Source: an uncultured Methanosarcinales archaeon (GTDB lineage: Archaea > Nanobdellota > Nanobdellia > Woesearchaeales > B54-G15). From it: a DNA stretch of 53,283 nt. Made by a program: the position numbers and the translations under genes. Shown piece after piece: positions 38,798 through 49,900 of this stretch. The notes beneath the pieces are model-generated. The model saw only the letters and a list, made by a program, of their open reading frames with translations. It had not been told where the DNA came from and did no database searches. The stretch is from assembly GCA_964519225.1 (NCBI GenBank), contig CAZFJK010000005.1, positions 1 through 53,283 on the forward strand. Reading direction: 5' to 3'. Every line of letters begins with the position of its first letter. Positions within the stretch are counted from its first letter, which is position 1.

Positions 38798-39370
38798 TCA
38801 AGCCCCGCCTCTGCTTTCTCCCAAAACTATGCCGCTTGCAATAATATGCGCTACCCTAATCGGTTCTGGAATTATACTCCTCTTACAACAAAACTTTAGA
38901 ATTTCATTAATCTGCTCTTTCTTTAAACCTTTACTCTGAACATACAAACGTCCAAATCTTTCTGGCTCTCCAGCTTTTTCGATCAACTTCTTTTTCCAGC
39001 CCATCCCAAGCTTGTCCAAGGCGCGGAACATCTCAGCAAAATCAGGATATTTCCTTATCACAACCATCACTGGAATACCTGTCGCATTCCATAGTTTTTC
39101 TATATCAACAACATTAAACCCACCAAGAGCAATACCGTCAAGCATAACGACGCGTAATTGCGGTTTAAATTTACTCTTGTTTATCATTTTTATTAATTTC
39201 CTCGTTGCGTTCCTACCATCAATTCTAACCTTTGTTGAAATCAATCCATCCAAGAACTCTCCGCCCCTAAAAATTGTTCCAACAACCAAAACATTCTTCC
39301 CTTTATCTTTAAACTTATTAAAAGGTGCATCATCAATCCCAAGGATCCGCATGTAACGCTTTACTTTCAT
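38798..39370 (-). CDS. DUF99 family protein (endonuclease V-like fold)
   Basis: RILGIDD, VMLDGIALGGFNVVD, PEPIRVAHIIASG. Confidence 0.92.
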   Translation of the reverse strand: MKVKRYMRILGIDDAPFNKFKDKGKNVLVVGTIFRGGEFLDGLISTKVRIDGRNATRKLIKMINKSKFKPQLRVVMLDGIALGGFNVVDIEKLWNATGIPVMVVIRKYPDFAEMFRALDKLGMGWKKKLIEKAGEPERFGRLYVQSKGLKKEQINEILKFCCKRSIIPEPIRVAHIIASGIVLGESRGGA

Positions 39371-40287
39371 TCTAAAAACATAACATCATCAACTATGCCA
39401 TCAGCATCCTTATCAATACCTTCAACAACTCTTGCCATCACACTAGCATCATGTTTATTTCCTTTTCCAAGCTCGTCAAAATACCTCATGAAAGCAATAA
39501 TCGCTGCCCTTGTTCCACCATATCTCTTTCCTGCAATAACAAGCACCTTCTTTCTTTTATTAAAAGGATTCTTTATCAACTCAATAACACCAGATTCTTC
39601 AGCATAATAACGTTTTCCGCTAATTTTGCTTTCAACTATCCAACCATCGCTTCTAACAAATCTTATCGGCAATCGTTTATTCACTTTGGCAGTAATCATA
39701 TTCACCACAGGACCACCTATCAAAATAAGATTATTCTCAAGTTCATTGTCTCTTATTTCTGTATCAAGCCTAACATTTAACCGGTTTACATGATTTAAAA
39801 AAGTTCCAAGAAAAAGAGCAAAATCAATCCCATAATAACCATCTCTGCTTCTTGCCATTTCTGGACCATGCGGATCAGGACTGCCAACAACAAGATAGGC
39901 ATTTAAAATGCCATCCTGAATAAAATGCTCAAAGAATCCATGCTTGGCTGTATTTTCAACAGGAACATTACCAAGTTCAAATTCTTTAAATCTTATCAAA
40001 AAAGCAGGTTTAACAATAGCATAAACATTTGCTTGTGCTCCGCCTATTTGCTTTTGCTTAACAACATCAATAATGCCGGCCTGTTCTAATCGTCGCACAT
40101 AATAATATATCTTTTGTTCATCCTCATGAAGCCTTCTTGCAAGCTCTCTTGGATAAGCCGGCTTTTCTGCAAGCAACCTCAATAGCTTTTCAGCAATCCT
40201 TGAAGAAAGAGTTTTTGCAAATTTCGGCTTTACCTCTTTAACCGGAAGCGACACAACTTTCCCAGCAACTTGTTTTACAACGAACAT
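39367..40287 (-). CDS. winged-HTH regulator fused to an S-layer-C-like alpha/beta domain
   Basis: YPRELARRL..EQKIYYYVRRLEQAG; VVGSPDPHGP; NLILIGGPVVN; IAGKRYGGT. Confidence 0.82.
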   Translation of the reverse strand: MFVVKQVAGKVVSLPVKEVKPKFAKTLSSRIAEKLLRLLAEKPAYPRELARRLHEDEQKIYYYVRRLEQAGIIDVVKQKQIGGAQANVYAIVKPAFLIRFKEFELGNVPVENTAKHGFFEHFIQDGILNAYLVVGSPDPHGPEMARSRDGYYGIDFALFLGTFLNHVNRLNVRLDTEIRDNELENNLILIGGPVVNMITAKVNKRLPIRFVRSDGWIVESKISGKRYYAEESGVIELIKNPFNKRKKVLVIAGKRYGGTRAAIIAFMRYFDELGKGNKHDASVMARVVEGIDKDADGIVDDVMFLE

Positions 40288-40375
40288 TTCAATTTTAATT
40301 GGTATTTTTCCTATATTATAAATTTTTTCTTAATGACATAAAAAAAATTTTAATAATGTTTATAAAAGAAAAACT

Positions 40376-41656
40376 TTGCTGCTTAGCAGTATGAAAAAGA
40401 GGTTGTTCGGCACTGACGGCATTAGAGGATTGCTCGGCATTGATCTCCACAGGAAAGAAATCACAAAGATTTCTTATCTTTACGCCAAACACATTAAAGC
40501 ATCCAGCATTCTTATTGGAATGGATAGCAGAAATGGAAACAGCAAACTCCTCGACTGGATAGCAACAGGCATCAGTAATGCAAAAGCAATAATACATTTC
40601 TGCGGCATTCTTCCGACACCAGCAATATCATATCTTGCAAAACTAAAGCATTATGACGGTGCAATATCAATAACAGCATCGCACAATCTACCTAAATACA
40701 ACGGAATAAAATTCTTCAAAGAAAACGGTGTCAAGCTCAGTGAAGAAGAGGAACAAGCAATAGAATCTCAAATGAACAAACATCTTCAACTAGAAAGCAA
40801 AAAGCCAAAAATAGAAAAGCTCAATCTCGACCATCTCTACCTAAATCTGCTTAAAAAAATATCTCCGAAAAAACATTTTAATGCGATACTGGATTTCTCA
40901 AACGGCGCATGTTCCAAATTCGCAGAATTTTTCAAAGAACGCTTTGGCATAAAAGCAATAAATACGCGTCCAAATGGAAACAACATAAACATCGCTGATG
41001 CAGAAATAGAAGATGAAATTAGAAAAGAAAAAGCTGCTTTGGGATTTGCATTTGACGGCGATGGCGACAGATGTATTGTTTATGACGCTTCTGGCAAAAA
41101 GATAGACGGCGACAAGATTATCATTGCATTAGCATCAAATATGCGCATAAAAAAAGGTATTGTCGTCACTGATTACAGCAACCATGCCTTGGATGAAATT
41201 CTTAAGAAAAAAGGCATTCAAGTATTTAGAGTAAAAAATGGTGATAAATACGTAATAAATGCAATCTACAAAAATAAATACGAATTCGGTGGCGAAAAAT
41301 CAGGACATCTCGTTTTTTCACAACATTCCTTCTGTGATGATGGAATGCTCGCCGCCATTAAACTATTAACTTTACTGAACAAAACAAACAAATCGATTGA
41401 AGAACTCACAGCATACCAGCTTAAACCAAACATCCTAATCAACGTTCCGATAAGAAAGAAAAAAGATTTCTTTGCAGTACCAACGCTAGCAAAAGCCATA
41501 GAATCCACACGAAGAAAACTTGCACAAAAAGGCAGACTTCTAATCAGATACAGTGGAACAGAGCCAGTTTGCAGAATCATGATCGAAGCAAATGAAAGAA
41601 AATTGCTCAAACTTGGCTGGAAGCTTGCAAAAGCTGTATCAGCAGAACTGAGCTAA
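40376..41656 (+). CDS. glmM: phosphohexomutase, phosphoglucosamine mutase-like
   Basis: FGTDGIRG, ITASHN, FDGDGDR, GGEKSGH, RYSGTEP; likely start at the ATG at 40391. Confidence 0.8.
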   Translation: MLLSSMKKRLFGTDGIRGLLGIDLHRKEITKISYLYAKHIKASSILIGMDSRNGNSKLLDWIATGISNAKAIIHFCGILPTPAISYLAKLKHYDGAISITASHNLPKYNGIKFFKENGVKLSEEEEQAIESQMNKHLQLESKKPKIEKLNLDHLYLNLLKKISPKKHFNAILDFSNGACSKFAEFFKERFGIKAINTRPNGNNINIADAEIEDEIRKEKAALGFAFDGDGDRCIVYDASGKKIDGDKIIIALASNMRIKKGIVVTDYSNHALDEILKKKGIQVFRVKNGDKYVINAIYKNKYEFGGEKSGHLVFSQHSFCDDGMLAAIKLLTLLNKTNKSIEELTAYQLKPNILINVPIRKKKDFFAVPTLAKAIESTRRKLAQKGRLLIRYSGTEPVCRIMIEANERKLLKLGWKLAKAVSAELS

Positions 41657-41666
41657 AAATATTCGA

Positions 41667-42602
41667 CTAAGGTATTCTTCTATATCTTGTATTGATAAAG
41701 CCCCACTCAATAACTACAAGCAAAAATGCCAAGAATAATGCATAAAGCCCAAGTTTAAATGGAACTTTTCCTTCAACTTTTTTAAGCACGGATTCAAAGC
41801 TATTCTTTAACTCATTCACATCACTAACTTGAAAGAATCTTCCATCAGTTTCATCAGCAAGTTTCTTCATAGCCTCAACATCAAGTTTTGTTACAACAGG
41901 AACTTCAGCAAAATATGCTCCTTTTTCAGTCGCTATGCCTATCGAATAGACCACAACACCATTCTTATTTAAATAATAAATAGCATCATCAATAGTTGTC
42001 CCAACAGTATTTTGCCCATCAGTAAGCAATATAACAATCCGAGATTTATCCGTTTCATGAAATAGATTCATAGAAGCAATAAGCGCATCTCCAATTGCTG
42101 TACCGCTCATCGGCTCAACGTTTAGCTGCTCAATTGCTTTGAACACCTTTACTTTATCATCAGTCAAACCTTGTTTAACAAGAGGAACTCCAGAAAATGC
42201 AACAACTCCTATCAAACTATCAGCAGGAATCAGACTTAATACAGATGTTGCTGCTTGCTTTGCAGCTTCAAGTCTGTTCGGCTCAAAATCAGTGGCAAGC
42301 ATACTCCCACTTATATCGATCGCAAAAACACAATCAAAATTTCCAACTTTTCCTTTATACCAAAGCGTAGGACCACATAATGCAAGTACGAGCAAGATAA
42401 TAGCACTAATCCTAAGCACCAAAATCAAAATTCCTTTTGAAATTTTGGGCACAGAACCAAGCGCCCTCTTAAGCGCCTCTACATTTGCAAACCGCAATGC
42501 CCGTTTTCTCACAAACTTGTACCCATAAAACTGCAACAAAATCACAGCAGGTATAACAAGCAAAAGCCATAGATACTCAGGATGATTTAACGTCACTTGC
42601 AT
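41667..42602 (-). CDS. BatA-like membrane vWA protein
   Basis: PEYLWLLL BatA N-terminus, MIDAS DISGS, GTAIGDA, LLTDG, C-terminal TM. Confidence 0.93.
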   Translation of the reverse strand: MQVTLNHPEYLWLLLVIPAVILLQFYGYKFVRKRALRFANVEALKRALGSVPKISKGILILVLRISAIILLVLALCGPTLWYKGKVGNFDCVFAIDISGSMLATDFEPNRLEAAKQAATSVLSLIPADSLIGVVAFSGVPLVKQGLTDDKVKVFKAIEQLNVEPMSGTAIGDALIASMNLFHETDKSRIVILLTDGQNTVGTTIDDAIYYLNKNGVVVYSIGIATEKGAYFAEVPVVTKLDVEAMKKLADETDGRFFQVSDVNELKNSFESVLKKVEGKVPFKLGLYALFLAFLLVVIEWGFINTRYRRIP

Positions 42603-42607
42603 TTTTC

Positions 42608-43513
42608 TTAAATAAATCTCGCAGCCCTCTTTGAAAACAGGTCAAGTACAGGTTTTACAAAATCTTCATCTGTTTTAAGCAAAAGAAAATCTCCCCTGTT
42701 TTCTTTGACAAAAGATTCAAGTTCCCTAATAAAACGCTCATTCTCCTCTTTATAGGCGCGCCCAACCAAACCAGGATCAACAGCAAGCCGTTTTCCACTT
42801 AATGCATCTTCAAAAACAACTTCTCCACCAGGAGGAACAGAAGGCAACTCCATATCAACAGGATCCCTAATACATACAACAATAGTATCAAATTTGTTGC
42901 ATGCTATTCTAAGGTATCTCTTCCACAAACCTTTGGCCCCAATAAAGTCAGAAACAACAAATAGAACAGACACCATTTTCATTCTTGGTAATGCCAAAAC
43001 ATCCCTAAGTGCTTTGCTAAGATCACATTTACCTCCATAGTTGGCAGTATTCTTAAGTAAAAGTTTGATAATAGCATAGTGTTGAACACCTCTTCCAGGA
43101 GATATCCAAGTTCTCAGCCGATCATTAAAAAAGCCGAGTCCGACGCTATCCTCAGCTGAAAGAATCCCATAAGAAAGTGCAGCTATGAATTCAGCAGCAT
43201 ATTCACACTTCAATTTCTCAATCGAAGAAAAGAGCATACTTTCGCTCACATCAAAAAGGAAAAAAATTTCAAGATTTCTTTCCTCAACAAGCTCCCTAAC
43301 AAGTAATTTATTTGCCCTTAAGCTTGCCTTCCAATCAATCAGTTTCGCGTCATCTGTTAGTTCATCGTATTCTCTAAAACCGGCAAACTCCAAACCCCTT
43401 CCCTTAAATACACTAGCATACTTGCTTGCAAATATACCCTTAGCTGGATGCCACAGCGGACTTATCTCGAGTTTTTTTATGGGTGTTGTAAAATCAAACC
43501 GAAGTTCTCTCAT
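42608..43513 (-). CDS. DUF58 family protein
   Basis: GRGLEFAGFREY...DDAKLIDWKAS, EER, DVSESM, VVSDF. Confidence 0.94.
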   Translation of the reverse strand: MRELRFDFTTPIKKLEISPLWHPAKGIFASKYASVFKGRGLEFAGFREYDELTDDAKLIDWKASLRANKLLVRELVEERNLEIFFLFDVSESMLFSSIEKLKCEYAAEFIAALSYGILSAEDSVGLGFFNDRLRTWISPGRGVQHYAIIKLLLKNTANYGGKCDLSKALRDVLALPRMKMVSVLFVVSDFIGAKGLWKRYLRIACNKFDTIVVCIRDPVDMELPSVPPGGEVVFEDALSGKRLAVDPGLVGRAYKEENERFIRELESFVKENRGDFLLLKTDEDFVKPVLDLFSKRAARFI

Positions 43514-43514
43514 T

Positions 43515-44534
43515 TTAAGGAACAGGTACCTTCTTTAGAATTTCATTAATCACATCATCAGAAGTAATCTCTTCTGCAATAGCTTCATATTTCAATATTA
43601 CTCTATGCCTCATAACCTGCAAAGCGATATTTCTTATGAAGTGCGGTGTTACATAGGTTTTGCCATTCATTAAAGCTTCTGCTCTCGCACCCAAAAGAAG
43701 ATAAATCGACATCCTCGGGCTTCCACCGTATTTTATATACTTGCCGAGCTTTATATTATACTTTTCTGGGTTTCTAGTGGCATCAGTCAACCTAACAATA
43801 TATTTTTTTAATATAGGATCGATGTATATCTTTCTTACATCCTCTTGCATGACCCCAACATTACTAAGCTCTAAAATCCTTTTCAATTTAAACTCATTAA
43901 ACTTCTTAACGTCTATATTATTTTCAAGTATAATAACTTCCTCATTAAACTTAGGATACCTAACCAACACTTTAAACATAAACCTATCGACCTGCGCTTC
44001 TGGCAAAGGATACGTTCCCAAAGTCTCAATGGGGTTCTGTGTAGCTAAAACAAAAAAAGGATGTGGCACAGGCATAGTTTTCCCTGCAATTGTTACCTGC
44101 TTTTCTTGCATGCACTCAAGTAAAGCAGACTGCACTTTCGGAGATGCCCTGTTTATTTCATCTGCAAGAACGAAATTGCTGAATACAGGTCCCTTAACAA
44201 TCTCGAACCTCTTTGTTTGCGGCCTGTAAACACTCATACCAACCAGATCAGAAGGAAGCAAATCAGGAGTAAACTGAATTCTTACAAACTTGCCTCCACT
44301 AACACGTGAAATAGTCCTAACAAGCAAAGTTTTAGCCAATCCAGGAACACCCTCAAGCAGAACATGGCCACCAGCAATAATCGCCCTAAGAACATCGTTA
44401 ATCATCTCATCCTGCCCTATAATCACTTTTTTAATTTCATTTCTTGTTCTTTCAATAAGCTTTGCATGCTTCTTGATCCTATCTTTAAATCCTCTTCCTT
44501 GCTCGTATTCGTACTTTGGGTCATTTCCTTTCAT
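43515..44534 (-). CDS. moxR: MoxR-proper AAA+ ATPase
   Basis: EGVPGLAKT, RIQFTPDLLPSD, DEINRA.PKVQSALLE, ATQNPIE.GTYPLPEAQ.DRF. Confidence 0.95.
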   Translation of the reverse strand: MKGNDPKYEYEQGRGFKDRIKKHAKLIERTRNEIKKVIIGQDEMINDVLRAIIAGGHVLLEGVPGLAKTLLVRTISRVSGGKFVRIQFTPDLLPSDLVGMSVYRPQTKRFEIVKGPVFSNFVLADEINRASPKVQSALLECMQEKQVTIAGKTMPVPHPFFVLATQNPIETLGTYPLPEAQVDRFMFKVLVRYPKFNEEVIILENNIDVKKFNEFKLKRILELSNVGVMQEDVRKIYIDPILKKYIVRLTDATRNPEKYNIKLGKYIKYGGSPRMSIYLLLGARAEALMNGKTYVTPHFIRNIALQVMRHRVILKYEAIAEEITSDDVINEILKKVPVP

Positions 44535-44627
44535 TAACGTAAAGAAAACAGCAGCATTTTATATTTTTATGTTTCAACTCATAAAGAGTAAATAAATCTT
44601 TTATAAAGCCCCAAAGTATTTAACACA

Positions 44628-46928
44628 ATGAAAAAATCAGAAAAAGAAGCAAGAAAAGAACAGCTTCTTGAAGAAGAGCGTCTTCGTATCCTGAATGTAT
44701 GTGCAATTCACAGGCATCATATTAATGCTTTGCACAACATTCTTGAAAAAGCACGGGCAAAAAGAAAAGTAAACATAAAGCATCATGCCGAAAAAACGTT
44801 TTCAACAATAACAGCATTCCTGAAAGAGCTGTTCAATTTACCCAAAGGCGCAGAGCTATTTGACTTAATCCCCCATCTAAAGCAGCTGAAACAAAAAGAA
44901 AAAATAAACAACATGATCGCTATTCTTCTGAGAATATATCAATCCAGATATAGCGAAACAAAGAAATACAATATTACTATAAATGAACTTAGCGCGGCAT
45001 GTTCAACAGCGGAACGGATCTTGCACGAATTCGAAGAGAAATTCTCAAGAAAAAAAATTAAAAAGGGCCTATCAGAATTCATCAAACGTATCCTGAAGCT
45101 AAAAAAATACAAAAAACCAAAATCCGTTATAGAAGAACTTGATAGAGAAATAGAAAAAGCATTCGTCTTTCTTGCAAGAAAAAAAATTGCAAAAGCAGAA
45201 ACCCAGTACAACAAAATACTCATCGAGTATGAAAAGCTGACCCCTCGCGATAGAAGAAAGCTTTTTCCGAAGATAGATAAGCTGTTTTCTGAAATCCAGG
45301 AATATAGAAAACGACGGAAAGAAAAAAGCATTTTTCAGCTCATTTCAACAGCACTTGAAAAAAAAAGAGAAGAAAGAAAAGCAATTCATGAAATCCTTGA
45401 TGTCCTGCATGCAGCAAAACTATCTGCTAAAAATCTCCAAGTACAAAGAGCAAAAAAATTGCTCAGAAAAGCTAAAGCAGGATATAAAAGAATAAAACCC
45501 CAACTGAGAGCAAAACTCGATAAACATCTCTCAGCCGTTCAATCAAGGATTGCAAAAGCAGAGAATATTCTCAAAGAAAAGGAACATGCCAAAAAAATAT
45601 TCGAAGTAAAAAGCCTGATTTCAGAAGCTCGTTACGCATACAAATCCAATCTACTAGACAAAGCAAAACAATTTTGTTCAAAAGCACTTAAACAACTAAA
45701 TCAACTCGAAGAAACTAGGCAGGTTCTCAAATTAAAAGAAGAAACGACAAATATTCTCATCGATATCGAACGTGAAATTTTGAAAAAGAGAAGGAAAGAA
45801 GCTCAGATGCTTGAAGCAACTCAGCAAAAAATAGCAACCGAACTCATTAATGAAATAGAGGAACATCTCAAACAAAAGGATTTGCCTACAGCTAAAAAAT
45901 TAATGAAAAAACTCGAAAATTTCCTCAAGAAAGCAAGGAAAAAGGTCAAGCTTGAAATCTTGCCAAAGACCATTGAACTTGAGCACAGGATACACGACAT
46001 AGAAAAAATCATCAAAGAAGAGCAAAAGAAACAGGAAGAGATAGAAAAACTAGAGAGGCAAAAATTCCTGTTTGAAAGCTTTCTTGAAGCTTTTAAATCA
46101 GCAATATCTAAAAAGGACGTTCCAGAAGCAAAGGCTGTGCTTGAAAGGATCATAAATCTAAAGAACAGAGCGGTTGCTGAAATCGCGACAAAGATTGAAA
46201 AGGAAATAAAAAGTTTGAATGATCAATTAGAAAAACTCATTGATGGGTTAAAAGCTGAAAAAATCAAAGAAGAAGAAAACAAAATAAAACTTGCCTTCGA
46301 TGAGATAGACAAGTTAATAGATAAAAAAGAGCTTAACGAACTTAGAAGAGCAAAAAAGAAATTAACACTTCTTACTAAAAAGATCAAGCGCAATAAACAG
46401 CTAAAAGAAAAATTCAATTCTCGTATTCAAAAATCGTTTCAAACAATAGCTAAATTAGAAAAGACCTTGATGGAAAAAATAAGAAAGCAAAAGGAAAAAG
46501 AAAAGGCAAAGAAAGCGCGGGAAAGAGAAAAAGAACAACTAAAAAGACTTAAAGAAAAATTACGAAAAGAAAAGGAGGAGCAAAAGAAGTTAAGGAAAAA
46601 ACGGTTAGAAGAAAGAAAAAAAGCAGAAGAAAAAGCAAAAATAAAACAGAAGCGCAAAAAAGAAAGGAAAAAAGAAAAAGAAACAATAAAACTTCCGATC
46701 AAAAAAAGCAAGCCCCAAAAGGAACCAGTGATAAAGAAACCCAAACCAAAGAAAAGAAAGCGAAAAATCACGAAAAAGAAAAGAAAGGCCAAGAAAAAGA
46801 AAATAAAAGCTGTAAAAAAAGAAGAAAGAATCAAAACGAAGAAAAGAAGAAAGAAGAAAGAAACACCAGTTCAGAAGATAAACGAACAAATCAAAGAAAT
46901 AGAATCAATTCTCAAAACTCTAAAATAA
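44628..46928 (+). CDS. large, very basic all-helical/coiled-coil protein with a Lys/Arg-rich tail
   Basis: 766-aa ORF, no TM; recurrent helical-hairpin units; tail KKPKPKKRKRKITKKKRKAKKKK; TATA box at about 44598. Confidence 0.8.
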   Translation: MKKSEKEARKEQLLEEERLRILNVCAIHRHHINALHNILEKARAKRKVNIKHHAEKTFSTITAFLKELFNLPKGAELFDLIPHLKQLKQKEKINNMIAILLRIYQSRYSETKKYNITINELSAACSTAERILHEFEEKFSRKKIKKGLSEFIKRILKLKKYKKPKSVIEELDREIEKAFVFLARKKIAKAETQYNKILIEYEKLTPRDRRKLFPKIDKLFSEIQEYRKRRKEKSIFQLISTALEKKREERKAIHEILDVLHAAKLSAKNLQVQRAKKLLRKAKAGYKRIKPQLRAKLDKHLSAVQSRIAKAENILKEKEHAKKIFEVKSLISEARYAYKSNLLDKAKQFCSKALKQLNQLEETRQVLKLKEETTNILIDIEREILKKRRKEAQMLEATQQKIATELINEIEEHLKQKDLPTAKKLMKKLENFLKKARKKVKLEILPKTIELEHRIHDIEKIIKEEQKKQEEIEKLERQKFLFESFLEAFKSAISKKDVPEAKAVLERIINLKNRAVAEIATKIEKEIKSLNDQLEKLIDGLKAEKIKEEENKIKLAFDEIDKLIDKKELNELRRAKKKLTLLTKKIKRNKQLKEKFNSRIQKSFQTIAKLEKTLMEKIRKQKEKEKAKKAREREKEQLKRLKEKLRKEKEEQKKLRKKRLEERKKAEEKAKIKQKRKKERKKEKETIKLPIKKSKPQKEPVIKKPKPKKRKRKITKKKRKAKKKKIKAVKKEERIKTKKRRKKKETPVQKINEQIKEIESILKTLK

Positions 46929-46934
46929 ACTTCC

Positions 46935-49900
46935 CTAAGCTTTTCTATAGGCTAGATAGAATAAGCCTAACAGAAATGCAAACAGCCCAGCAGCAACAGC
47001 AATCATCACAATATTCCTTTCAATCCATGTTCTACTTACAGTAATCACAGCCGGTTTTTCAGTGATCTTCTCTTTCTGAGCTATCAAATACCTACAGCTT
47101 TCAATAACGTCATTCAAAATTCTTTGCCCTTCTTCAACCCGACCTTCAGCTATTGCTTTTATAGCATCCTCAACCATCTCATTAAGCTCCAAGCATTCTG
47201 GGTTTGCTGAAAGCAGATCTCTAACATATTGAACGCTTCTATTTATTTGTAAAGCTGTTAGTGACACAACGATCTCGTCCTCTGCTTGCGGACTCGTTGC
47301 TTTCGCTTTCACTTTAACATCAAACTCAACATCCATTCTTGGGGGTCTTACTGTAAGCGTAACAGGAACTTCACTGCCAGGCGCAATTGCAGGGAAATAA
47401 CTTTGCGAAAAAGAAAATGAAACTCCCAGTAATGTAGTACTTGCTTCTAAACTGATACCGGCAAGCGATTCATTTAAAGTATTCTTAACAAGCAAAGGGA
47501 TCTCAAAATATCCCTCCTTAGCAACGATAGGCTTTGCTTCCAACATAGCAACATGTTCAAGCCGCGTGATATTTTTAGTTATGGTCTGTGTTCTGGTCCT
47601 TGTTCTCGTTCTTGTCCGCGTAACAGTACGCTGCTGTGCTTGAACTGGAGATATATTAATGATAATTTGATTGCTATAAACGATATCATAGCCGTCATAA
47701 AGCGAAAAATTAATTTCTTTTTCACCAGAAGTGTTAATATTTGGGAGCAAGTCAACAACATTGTTGCTATCTATTGAAATATTAATGTCGCTCGGAGCGC
47801 TATAATTAAACGTCAGATTATCATCAATATCATAGTCCCAGAAGAAATAATCGAGGTCTATCCAATCATATATATAGTTTCCTTGCGTAAGATTAACATC
47901 ATTTATCCCGTAATGTATTGTTACAGAATCGAGTTCAGGCGTAGCCGAACAACTGGTCGTATTCATAACAATCTTGTACTGAAAATACCTGCCAGCAGGA
48001 GAAACAATCACAGAGCCATTACTATTAATATAGTTAGTACTCCAATTTGTAAAATTAGTACCGTTAGTACTCGTTCTCGTTTGTAAAACCAAGCTTGTTC
48101 CGCTAGGCAAAGTGGCATTCCAGCTTATATTAATCCACTTTATGCAGTCGCCGCACATATCAACATCCTTAGTAGGACTTCCAGGATCAATTACTTTTGA
48201 AATATAAGTTCCATTAGAAACGTAGCATGTTCCATTAGAAGCTAGGATAATCTTGCCCGACATTGCCATTAAATCCGTACCATTTGTCGTTCCACCACTA
48301 AAATCAGTCAATGTATCATGTATTATTAATCCAAATATTGGTGGCCTATTTTTGTTCAGCACAGTTATCATCCAAGTAAAGCTATCCTCCCATCCATTCT
48401 GGTTTCCTATTCCAGAACCATCACTTACATAAAGTGTAATGTTTTCGCTTCCTGCATCATACCAACCATAAGTCCTTGTCAATGAATTACTCGTTGAGAT
48501 CTGGCTTCCATTTCTGTACCAATAATAATATACAGTATCATTATCAGGCTCGTCAATCGTAACATTGATAACATAGCTCGCATTTTCACTCAAATTCACC
48601 CACGTTATATTATTTGGAAAGTTCATCCTTGGAGCAAAATCTATTTTCGTTGTGTTTGAATAAGGCAAACCATATGGAGTAATATTAGTTATTCCAAGAG
48701 GAGCATTCGGCAAAACAGTAATATTGAATATGCTTGTATCGCACAAACCTTCATCATCGCAAACAGTGAAATTAATCCATTCTGTTCCATTAAAGCTCAA
48801 ATCAGGAAAGAAATCAATTATGCCATAGCAGATATATTGCTGGCATGATTTTGTAATATTGAAAAGTGTACTATTGTCATAAAAGGTAAGATTTTCTCCG
48901 TACTTTGTGTACATATCCAAATCAGTAACATTTATCTCGTAATGAAACTTAAATCCTTGTTCAGCGGTTAGATTTACAGGATCTGTAATATTCGGCCTTG
49001 AATTTATGTTAAAAACAGTAAAATTAATTACTCTACTATCGCAAAGTCCACCAGGATCGCAAGCACTTATATTTATCGTCCAGTTTCCAACGGCTTCTTT
49101 TCCAGGAGTAAAATTAGCGAGTGCCTCAAATCTCGACCCATAGCTATTATCGATCAAAAACCAGCTTTCATTTGCGCTGAAAGTAAGCGTATCATTTTCC
49201 CTGTCTGTTGCATTCATATAACAATTAAAAGGCACAGAGTATGTAGCATTAGTCGCATTATCACAAACAAAATCAAGATGGGGTTTTGTATTTAGCGGCG
49301 TAACATTGAAAACAACATTTTTTGAGCCGGTCGCATTTCTAGCATCCATACAAGTAATTAAAACATTATACACGCCCCAATCTTCAAATCTCGGAGTAAA
49401 GTTAATGATTCCGTCATTAGAGATGTTAAACAAATCTGTGTTATCAGTATAATTCCAGTAGGGCTTATCATCTTCCTCGTCGCTCGTGTACTGCGAAACA
49501 TTCACGTAGCACGTATTATTTTCAACGCAATGTACATAGTTCAAACTTATAATCGGTTCATCATTCCTCGGCGTAAGATTAAAAGGTTTACTTCCGACAC
49601 CTTTCTGTTGATCCCTCGTGTCAGTTGCTATCAAACCAACTATCCAATAGCCTGCTCCAGAATCGTTGTTAAAATAAATAGTTATCATTCCTGTATTTGA
49701 ATTTAGGCTAAATCCTGTAGGTAAAGGCACACCAGCTTCGTACGAATAAACAAAATATTGCTTATCAGAAGGATCATTTAATACATCTGCACTAAAATCG
49801 TAGTGACACACGCTGTCTTCAACACATACTGTTTCTGATAAATTTCCATCATTAGCTATAATAGGCTTTACCTGAATTGTATAAACAAGTAGCCCGCCGA

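Noticed and set aside
39367-40287. S-layer protein
   Set aside because: N-terminal HTH and no signal peptide or membrane anchor
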